A DNA stretch of 64,000 bases from Actinomycetota bacterium (GTDB lineage: Bacteria; Actinomycetota; Thermoleophilia; Solirubrobacterales; Thermoleophilaceae). The stretch is taken from contig JBKPME010000070.1 of NCBI GenBank assembly GCA_046731915.1, positions 13,560-77,559 of the forward strand. The letters run 5' to 3'. Positions within the stretch are counted from its first letter, which is position 1. Every line of letters starts with the position of its first letter. This document shows, in pieces, positions 27,138 to 34,065 of this stretch. The notes under the pieces are model-generated. The model was not told the DNA's origin. It did not search any database and was given only the letters and a program-made list of their open reading frames with translations. The position numbers and the translations under genes are program-made.

Positions 27138-27962
27138 ATGGCCCAAGCAGCCGAGGCCGCCGGCTTCGATTCGATCTGGCTAGGCGACCACCTCCTCTAC
27201 CGGGACGACGGCGAAGCCGAGCGCGGTCCCTGGGAGGCGTGGACGATGTTGGCGGCGCTCGCCGCGGCCACCGACCGCGTCGAGCTCGGGCCACTCGTGG
27301 CCTGCACCGCCTTTCACCCGCCGGGCTTGATCGCGAAGATGGCCGCCACGCTCGCCGAGATCTCCGGCGGCCGCTTCGTGGTCGGGCTCGGCGCCGGCTG
27401 GAACGAGGAGGAGTTCCGCGCGTTCGGGCTCCCGTTCGACCGCCGCGTGTCGCGTTTCGAGGAAGCCTTCGCGATCATTCGCGGGCTCCTCGCCGGCGAG
27501 CGCGTGACCCTCCGCGGCCGCTACTTCCAGGCCGAGGAAGCGGTTCTCTTGCCGCCCCCGACCAGGCGTCCGCGCCTGATGATCGGCAGCAACGGGCCCC
27601 GGATGCTCGCCGCCACTCTCCCGCACGTGGATGCCTGGAACACGTGGTACGAGGACTACGGCAACTCGCCGGATGGGTTCGCGGAGCTGAACGAGCGCAT
27701 CAGCACCGCCTCGCGTGACGCAGGGCGTGACCCAGGCGACCTCGAGCGGAGCGCCTGCGTCCTCGTGGCCCCGGGAACCGCGAGCGGCGAGCGCGCGCCT
27801 ACGCCGGACGCGCCGCCGGTGACCGGATCCGCCGGTGAGATCGCGACGACTCTGCGCGAGTTGGCCGAGGCGGGAGCGGACGAGATCATCCTCGTCGTAG
27901 ACCCGATCACCGAGCGGTCGATCCGTGAGCTCGGCGACGTCGTCGGCCTGCTTCCGTCCTAG
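27138..27962 (+). CDS. LLM-class (luciferase-like) F420-dependent oxidoreductase; homologous N-terminus extends upstream without a canonical start codon
   Basis: AAGFDSIWLGDHLL...GLGAGWNEEEF...RRPRLMIGSNGPRML. The same frame upstream reads RVGIQLPEVERPAPWTEHLA (27078-27137), which is the normal N-terminus of this family. No ATG/GTG/TTG/CTG lies between the TAG at 27048-27050 and the ATG at 27138. Confidence 0.75.
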   Translation: MAQAAEAAGFDSIWLGDHLLYRDDGEAERGPWEAWTMLAALAAATDRVELGPLVACTAFHPPGLIAKMAATLAEISGGRFVVGLGAGWNEEEFRAFGLPFDRRVSRFEEAFAIIRGLLAGERVTLRGRYFQAEEAVLLPPPTRRPRLMIGSNGPRMLAATLPHVDAWNTWYEDYGNSPDGFAELNERISTASRDAGRDPGDLERSACVLVAPGTASGERAPTPDAPPVTGSAGEIATTLRELAEAGADEIILVVDPITERSIRELGDVVGLLPS

Positions 27963-27983
27963 GCGTCCGAGCGCACCAGCTTT

Positions 27984-28265
27984 GTGCGCCGAGCCCGCCG
28001 CAGGGCCCGCGGTCGGGTGAGCGCCACGCCGGAGTCGGCGGTCTCGCGGCGGAGGTTCCTGGCTCCGCTCGCGCTCGCGCAGTTCATCTGCAGCTTCGCC
28101 GGCTCGAACATGAACGTGATGATCAACGACATCACCGACGACCTGGACACGACCGTCCAGGGCGTGCAGGCCACGATCACGCTGTTCCTCGGGCTCGCCG
28201 CTTCGCTTCGCCTCCCGAGCGATCCGGCACCGGCCGCGACTCCCGCGGTCGCGGAGGGAGGCTAG
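27984..28265 (+). pseudogene. N-terminal remnant of an MFS transporter
   Basis: RRFLAPLALAQFICSFAGSNMNVMINDITDDLDTTVQGVQATITLF looks like TM1, loop and the start of TM2 of an MFS. The ORF then runs into low-complexity sequence and stops after 93 aa, overlapping the convergent hydrolase gene. Confidence 0.45.
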
Positions 28266-29080
28266 GCCCGCGACGCCAGCGCGTCCACGAACGCCGAGAT
28301 CTCGGCGAGGGTCGCCGGATCGCCCTCTAGGTGGGGCACGTGCGCGACTCCGTCGAGGAACTTGAGCTGGGCGCCCGGGATGAGCGCGGCCGCCTGCTCG
28401 TCGATCACCTGAATGTCCTCGACATCGAGCCGGCCCACCAGCACGAGTGTCGGTGCCGTGATCTCGCCGAGACGGGGCCACGCCGCTGGGAGCTCCGCGC
28501 CCTCGCCGGTTTCGTCCGCACGCAGCGCGCGACCGTTCATCTCCAGGAAGAGCTCGCGCGCGGGCCCGTCCACGCGTCCCTCCTCCGCACCGGGGCCGTC
28601 GAGCCACATCCAGGCGTCGAGCCGGCCGACCTCCTCGATGTCGCCCGCGGCGTCCGCCGCCTCCATCCTCCGCTCGAGCTCGGCCGTGGGGCCCTCCTGG
28701 ACCTCGGGGTACGGCGCGCCCCGCACGGCTGAGCCGATCAGCACCAGCCCCGCGACGCGCTCGGGGTGGGCCAGGGTGAGATCGACGGCGGCCTGGCCGC
28801 CCACGGAGCAGCCGATGACCACCGCCCGTTCGACACCGGCGGCGTCGAGAACCGCCACGGCGTCCCCGACTGCCGACCAGCCGTCCTCCGGCTTATAGGT
28901 GGTTTCGCCATATCCGCGCGCGTCGAACGCCACGCAGCGGTGACGCTCCGCCAGGCGCTCGATGACGTGCCTCCAACTGCGCCGGTCGTTGACGCCGGCG
29001 TGGATCAGCAGGACATCGGCACCGCCCTCGACGCCCGTCGTCTCGTAGGCCAGAAGGGCCCGGCCCGAGGTCGCGAACAT
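28262..29080 (-). CDS. alpha/beta-fold hydrolase
   Basis: DVLLIHAG oxyanion region, nucleophile elbow GCSVGG, and C-terminal GVAHVPHLE. Confidence 0.85.
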   Translation of the reverse strand: MFATSGRALLAYETTGVEGGADVLLIHAGVNDRRSWRHVIERLAERHRCVAFDARGYGETTYKPEDGWSAVGDAVAVLDAAGVERAVVIGCSVGGQAAVDLTLAHPERVAGLVLIGSAVRGAPYPEVQEGPTAELERRMEAADAAGDIEEVGRLDAWMWLDGPGAEEGRVDGPARELFLEMNGRALRADETGEGAELPAAWPRLGEITAPTLVLVGRLDVEDIQVIDEQAAALIPGAQLKFLDGVAHVPHLEGDPATLAEISAFVDALASRA

Positions 29081-29394
29081 CAGTCTCCTCGCGTCGAGAC
29101 GATCGCGATCAGGACCAGGGCGATGAGGACGGCGACAACGCCGGCCAGGCCGGTGAACACCGCGGCGACAACGAACAGCGGGATTGAGATGGCCATCGAG
29201 CCGAGGATCATGTCCTTCTGGTGATCGCGCTTCCGCTTCAGTGCGCGCTCGCGCCGATCATCACGATCCGCGAGTCGGCGCTCGATCCGCTCCACGAAAG
29301 CATCGATCACGGCGGGTTCCATCTCCTCGCCGAGCTCCTGGCGCGCTTCGATCGCCGTGCCTAGCTCATCCCTCAGAGGCGCGTCGTCAGTCAC
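29080..29394 (-). CDS. small tail-anchored membrane protein, hypothetical
   Basis: Acidic/basic helical N-part and two C-terminal hydrophobic segments. 1-nt stop/start overlap (TGATG) with the hydrolase gene. Confidence 0.5.
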   Translation of the reverse strand: MTDDAPLRDELGTAIEARQELGEEMEPAVIDAFVERIERRLADRDDRRERALKRKRDHQKDMILGSMAISIPLFVVAAVFTGLAGVVAVLIALVLIAIVSTRGD

Positions 29395-29418
29395 GCGCTG
29401 ATTGTGGCATCGCCGCGC

Positions 29419-29847
29419 TCACGATTGGGACTCGCCCGTCGCGCGCTCGACCAGGGCCGCGAGCGCTTTCGGGATCGAGCGTTCGAGCCGAGCCCCGACC
29501 GTGTGTCGCATAAGCGGCGTCGCGAGGCCTGTCATGTGCACGCGCTGCGTCAGGCGGAGCTGACCGCCGTCCGCCTCGCCGAGCTCGTGCTCGAAGCGCA
29601 GGCGCATGAATCGCTCGGAGGCCTCGGTCACGAAGCTCCGGTCGGGCACGACCTCGAGCACCCTCAGCGCCGACGTCGGGCCGCCGGCAGCACGTATCGT
29701 GCCGGTCGCACCCTCGGCCATCGGCCCGTCCAGCTCGGCGCGAGCCACTCCCGGGTTCCAGCTCGGCCAACCCGGGATGTCTGTCCACAGAGCCCAGACC
29801 CGCTCACGCGAGGCATGCACCTCCACTGAGTGCTCGAAGTCCCACAT
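29419..29847 (-). CDS. SRPBCC-family protein
   Basis: Internal ATG gives MWDFEHSVEVHASRERVWALWTDIPGWPSWNPG, the typical SRPBCC N-terminus. Confidence 0.75.
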   Translation of the reverse strand: MWDFEHSVEVHASRERVWALWTDIPGWPSWNPGVARAELDGPMAEGATGTIRAAGGPTSALRVLEVVPDRSFVTEASERFMRLRFEHELGEADGGQLRLTQRVHMTGLATPLMRHTVGARLERSIPKALAALVERATGESQS

Positions 29848-29875
29848 TACGAGTCCTCGTCCGCGCGGGAGTCTC

Positions 29876-30223
29876 TCACGCGTCGGGCGGCTCGGCGAAC
29901 GCGATCGCGTTCCCATCCGGATCCGGAATGTTCACATGGCGGACGCCGTTCGAATAGGTCTCTATCGGTTCGTGCTCGATGCGCTCGGCGGCGAGGCGCT
30001 CGAGCAGCTCGTCGAGCCCAGCAACGGCGAAGGTGATCCGGCCCGCGCCCGCGTTCACGGAGTTCGGCGCGATGAAGAGCCACGCGGGATCGTCGATCTC
30101 CCAGAGAACTTCGTCCCCGACGCGACGGTCTGGCGCTCGCCCGAAGAACCGCGTGTACCAATCGATGCTGACATCGAGATCGGATACCGGAACGCCGGCG
30201 AAGAGGTGCGTGATCGCGCTCAT
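29876..30223 (-). CDS. VOC/glyoxalase-family protein
   Basis: ITHLFAGVPVSDLDVSIDWYTRFFG...VNIPDPDGNAIAF. Confidence 0.8.
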   Translation of the reverse strand: MSAITHLFAGVPVSDLDVSIDWYTRFFGRAPDRRVGDEVLWEIDDPAWLFIAPNSVNAGAGRITFAVAGLDELLERLAAERIEHEPIETYSNGVRHVNIPDPDGNAIAFAEPPDA

Positions 30224-30546
30224 CTCGAGGCGGTGAGATTGCAGGAAGGATCTCGCGCAGTCGTGTCCCTATGACTGTCGCGCCGCGCGAAACTCATCGC
30301 TTGACGAGTCGGGGTCGGTGCCGCGCCGCCGCTGTGGATCACTCGGACACCGCTGAGTGCTTCCCCAGCGGCGGGCGGACTACGCCGACCGGTCGCCATC
30401 CGCTATGAAGCGCGAAGGTCCGCTTCCCATTCCGAGATAGGGAAGGCGGCCGACCATGCCGCGTTCCATCGTCACCGGGCCAACTATGCCCACCGGTACA
30501 TCCGGATTCCCGGCTAAGTCCAAACCACCTCGCTACCGCTCGCGGG

Positions 30547-32241
30547 CTAGGGGTGGTCGCCGAGCAGGTTGCCGTGGGCTCGGGCTGGCCGCGGTAGTGC
30601 CTTGATGGCGATCGCGATCGCTGAGCCGAGCATCACCCATGCGGGCCAGAAGTAGCTCGAGCCCGACGCCAGCCAGACGCCCACGATGAACAGGTTCAGG
30701 ATCACGAGTACGCCTATGAGGTGGCGGAGGCGGCGGCTCTTTGTCAGGCGGCGGAAAGCCGCGTCGCGGTCGTGGGCGCCGGCCAGGTCGGATTCGCGGA
30801 GTGGTGGCGTCGAGCCGACGTGCCATGCATCGAGGCCGGCGATCAGGCCGAGGCCGAGCAGCGGCCAGACGATCCAGGGCAGGCCGGGATCGGTGAGTGC
30901 CCAGATCGCAACCAGCACCCCAGCCACGATGCCGAGCGACAGGCTTCGCCACACCAGGTGCTGCCTGCGATTCGCCTGGACCCCGTCCGCCTGGACGTCC
31001 TGCAAGACACGCGGGCCCCCGTGCAGGATGAGCCCCTCCTCGGTCGCCGCTTCGGTCAGCGGGATCGCGGCCACGACACGCGTGCCCTCGCCGGGCGGGC
31101 TCTCCACGGAAAGCGTGCCACTCAGCGCTCCCACGCGGTCGGCGAGTCCCTGCATGCCCGAGCCGTTCTCGAGCGACGCTCCTCCGACACCGTCGTCGGC
31201 AACCACCACCTGCAGGAGACCGCTGTCCGCGGTCACGGACACGGTCGCGGAGGTGGCCTCCGCGTGCTTCCCGATGTTGGCCAGGCACTCCGAGACGACG
31301 AAGTAGGCGGCCGCCTCCACGGCGTCCGGAAGACGCTCGCCGGGAGCGGCGGTGACCTCAACGGGAACGGTGGCACGGGACGCGAGGTCCTCGAGTGCGG
31401 CGGACAGGCCGCGGTTGGTGAGGATCGCCGGGTGAATCCCGCGCGCGAGGTCGCGCAGCTCCTTGAGAGCCAGGTTCGCCTCCTCCCCCGCCTGCCGCAC
31501 GAGCTCGGCGGCTTCGGGGTCCCCGCTGGCTGCCCGCTGCTCCGCCATGCGCAGGTTGAGCGCGAGCGCCACAAGTCGCTGCTGGGCGCCGTCGTGCAGG
31601 TCACGCTCGATCTTCCGGCGCTCTGCGTCGGCCGCGGCGATGATCCGCGAGCGGGCGTCCTGGAGCTCCGTGACCTGGGCGGTCAGCGCCGGGTCGGCGT
31701 TCGAGCCGAGCAACTGCGCCGCGAGCCAGCCGTAGAGGCGACCGAGCGCGCTCAGGCCTGGAATGCCGAGCAGGAGGATGACGGCGCCGAGTGGCACGAC
31801 TGCCAGCGTGTCGCCGAGCGTGTCGACGTGAGTCGCGGCCACCCATTCGCCGTCGCCGGGCGCCCAGTAATACGCGGGCACGAACAGCAGCCCCAGCCCG
31901 GCCCCGATCACCGTCACGGCGACCGTGAAGGAAACGATGCCCGGCGGCAGTTGGAGGAGCAGAAACGCGAGGTCCTTCCACGTGGCGGGGTCGGCCAGGC
32001 GCGCCGCGACCCGCCTCCACCAGCGCTCACCGGTCGGGTCAGGCCGGTAGGGCGTAGGGATCTCGACCCCGATCAGGCGCCCGATCAGCCGTCGCTCGAG
32101 CTCGGCGAGCCAGCGCCAGGCCCACACCGTGGCGATCAGGACGGGGATGCCGATGAGGGTCACGGCCGTTCCGAACCCGAACGCGATCGCCGTGACCAGA
32201 AAGCTGAACTCAGCAACCCCGAGCGGCAGCGCGAGCAGCAT
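30547..32241 (-). CDS. sensor histidine kinase (HisKA_3/NarL-partner type) with N-terminal membrane sensor domain and two C-terminal 2TM-like repeats
   Basis: H-box ERRKIERDLHDGAQQRLVAL, N-box ECLANIGKHA and G-box DDGVGGA...GSGMQGL. After the ATPase domain come two further pairs of TM helices (LVWRSLSLGIVAGVLVAIW...WPLLGLGLIAGL; RHLIGVLVILNLFIVGVW...PAWVMLGSAIAIAI). Confidence 0.85.
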   Translation of the reverse strand: MLLALPLGVAEFSFLVTAIAFGFGTAVTLIGIPVLIATVWAWRWLAELERRLIGRLIGVEIPTPYRPDPTGERWWRRVAARLADPATWKDLAFLLLQLPPGIVSFTVAVTVIGAGLGLLFVPAYYWAPGDGEWVAATHVDTLGDTLAVVPLGAVILLLGIPGLSALGRLYGWLAAQLLGSNADPALTAQVTELQDARSRIIAAADAERRKIERDLHDGAQQRLVALALNLRMAEQRAASGDPEAAELVRQAGEEANLALKELRDLARGIHPAILTNRGLSAALEDLASRATVPVEVTAAPGERLPDAVEAAAYFVVSECLANIGKHAEATSATVSVTADSGLLQVVVADDGVGGASLENGSGMQGLADRVGALSGTLSVESPPGEGTRVVAAIPLTEAATEEGLILHGGPRVLQDVQADGVQANRRQHLVWRSLSLGIVAGVLVAIWALTDPGLPWIVWPLLGLGLIAGLDAWHVGSTPPLRESDLAGAHDRDAAFRRLTKSRRLRHLIGVLVILNLFIVGVWLASGSSYFWPAWVMLGSAIAIAIKALPRPARAHGNLLGDHP

Positions 32242-32358
32242 GTAGAGGATCCGCCCGTAGCTGCGGGCTTCGAATATCGGTCGGATCAGTCGTTCGATGG
32301 GCTCACGCTACGGCCACTCTGTTGCGTCGTCCATACGGGCACCCGTACCATCCCGCAG

Positions 32359-34062
32359 GTGGGTGAGCGCACCCTGGCCACAATGGCTGCCCTGGCGGCG
32401 CTCGCCCTGCCGGCCGCTGCCGAAGCCGCGCCCGGCACGCTCGACCTCCGACAGTCCTTCGCTCACTCGCCGCGCTATGTCGAGGGAGCGGTCTCGTTCG
32501 TCCGCGTCCGCGACGCGGCCGGCGCCACGGTGGCGCGCAGGCGCGTCGACAGGGCGCGCTTCAGGATGATCCGGCGGCTGCGCCCGGGCCGCTACAGGGT
32601 TGTGAGCTATCAGCGGCCCTGCGACGGTAACTGCTCGCTGCTCGACCCGCCCACCGACCGCTGCGCACGCCGCGCCCGGATCCTGGCCGGAGGCCTCACC
32701 CAGGTGAGGGTGCGGGTGCGGCCCGGGCGAGGCTGCAGGATGACGCGCCGGGTGTTGCCCGCCCGCTTCCCCCCGCGTGACCGGATTCGCGCGGCCCGGG
32801 GCTACCTCGAAAGGCGCGGCGGCATGAACTCGTGGGCGCTGATCGACAACTGGGGACGTATGCACGGCTTCGCCCCGTACCGCGTGTACGTCAGCGCGAG
32901 CCTCGTGAAGGCGATGCTGCTCGTGGCATACCTGCGCGCGATCGGGAACCGCCGGCCCGATGCCGGCGAGCGCGGCTCGCTCGGCCCGATGATCAGCTCA
33001 TCCTCGAACGACGCGGCCGACACGATCTACTACCGCGTAGGCGACGCCGCGCTCTACGCACTCGCGAAGCGCGCGCATATGACGCGCTTCTCGGTTGCGG
33101 GCTACTGGGCGAACGCGCACTTCAGCGCCGAGGACCAGGCTCGCTTCTTCAACAGGATCGACAGGCTCGTGCCGAAGGCATCGCGCGCCTACGCCCGTAG
33201 CCTCCTGTCCTCGATCGTCGCCTACCAGCGCTGGGGCTTCTCCCGCTACGCCGCGCGGGCGGGCTTCAGGACGTTCTTCAAGGGCGGCTGGCGCGGCACG
33301 GGCGCCGGCCAGCTCGTCCACGAGGCGGCGCTGTTCGAGCGCGGTGACACGCGCGTGTCGATGGCAGTGCTGACCGACGGCAACCCGTCGCACGAGTACG
33401 GCACCGAGACGCTCCGTGGCGTCGCGCAGAGGCTGTTCCATCCTCGCGGACGCGCGACGGCGTCGGACCGCGACGAGGCCGGCACGCCGGCCACGCGCCG
33501 CGCCGGACTCGTCGACGTTCACCGCTATGCGCCCGGTATCCGGGTCGAGCTGGACTACCTCGGCAGCGACAACCTCACCGGCCGCCGGCTGCCCGGGTAC
33601 TGCGAGAACTGGGCCCTTCTGCACGAACGCGCGGCTTTCAGCCTGGGCCAGATCCAGCGCTACCTGCGCCGCAACGGCTTGGGCCTCCTGATCATGGACG
33701 CCTATCGCCCGCTCCGTGCCACGCGCGCCCTTGTGCGCTGGGCGCGGAGGCGCGGCCGCGGCGGGCTCGTGGGCACCTACATCGCGAGCCGTAGTCGCCA
33801 CAACACCGGTAGCGCGGTGGACCTGACGCTCGTCCGCCGGCGCGACGGCAAGCGGCTGCGCATGGGTGGGTACGACTCCCTCGGCCCCCGCGCGAACACC
33901 TACAACGCCTCCGGGCGCATGCTCCGCAACCGGCTGACGCTGAAGAACGTCATGGAGCGCTTCGGATTCGCGAGCTACTGGCGCGAGTGGTGGCATTTCG
34001 AGCACCGCATCCGGCCGAACCGCTTCCTGGACCTGACGCTCGGATGCGGCCGCCATAATTGA
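32359..34062 (+). CDS. three-domain fusion: N-terminal Cys-containing domain, class-A beta-lactamase-fold serine hydrolase domain, and VanX/DdpX-type (M15D) D-Ala-D-Ala dipeptidase domain
   Basis: Only the last 1.7 kb of the 1113-aa ORF is credible; the rest is antisense to the kinase. Start is GTG 32359 or ATG 32383, giving a signal-like LATMAALAALALPAAAEA. SxxK (SASLVK), SxN (SSSND) and KxG (FKGGW) are followed by the VanX motifs DAYRP, SRHNTGSAVD and EWWHFE. Confidence 0.75.
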   Translation: MGERTLATMAALAALALPAAAEAAPGTLDLRQSFAHSPRYVEGAVSFVRVRDAAGATVARRRVDRARFRMIRRLRPGRYRVVSYQRPCDGNCSLLDPPTDRCARRARILAGGLTQVRVRVRPGRGCRMTRRVLPARFPPRDRIRAARGYLERRGGMNSWALIDNWGRMHGFAPYRVYVSASLVKAMLLVAYLRAIGNRRPDAGERGSLGPMISSSSNDAADTIYYRVGDAALYALAKRAHMTRFSVAGYWANAHFSAEDQARFFNRIDRLVPKASRAYARSLLSSIVAYQRWGFSRYAARAGFRTFFKGGWRGTGAGQLVHEAALFERGDTRVSMAVLTDGNPSHEYGTETLRGVAQRLFHPRGRATASDRDEAGTPATRRAGLVDVHRYAPGIRVELDYLGSDNLTGRRLPGYCENWALLHERAAFSLGQIQRYLRRNGLGLLIMDAYRPLRATRALVRWARRRGRGGLVGTYIASRSRHNTGSAVDLTLVRRRDGKRLRMGGYDSLGPRANTYNASGRMLRNRLTLKNVMERFGFASYWREWWHFEHRIRPNRFLDLTLGCGRHN

Positions 34063-34065
34063 GGC

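Noticed and set aside
19434-28261. Calling the accessory block a mobile element or genomic island.
   Set aside because: No integrase, transposase, recombinase, tRNA attachment site or flanking direct repeats could be found. Only gene decay and patchy lower GC support foreignness, so it is reported as a finding rather than a mobile-element feature.
27180-28607. 475-aa minus-strand ORF.
   Set aside because: It is antisense to the LLM oxidoreductase and out of frame over the hydrolase gene. It has Arg/Gly-rich composition and no motifs.
30224-30546. Possible small gene or RNA in the 323-bp spacer downstream of the histidine kinase. It includes an ATG ORF at 30282 and an imperfect hairpin CCGCTTCCC-N11-GGGAAGGCGG at about 30419-30449.
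   Set aside because: The ORF has no GC3 bias and an implausible product. The hairpin has a bulge and no U-tract. Nothing here is supportable beyond non-coding spacer.
30721-32358. The first 1.6 kb of the 1113-aa plus-strand ORF (30721-34062).
   Set aside because: It is exactly antisense to the well-supported histidine kinase. Its translation is Arg/Gly/Pro-rich with no motifs. Only the part after the kinase start (from about 32359) has domain content. This is the typical shadow ORF of high-GC DNA.
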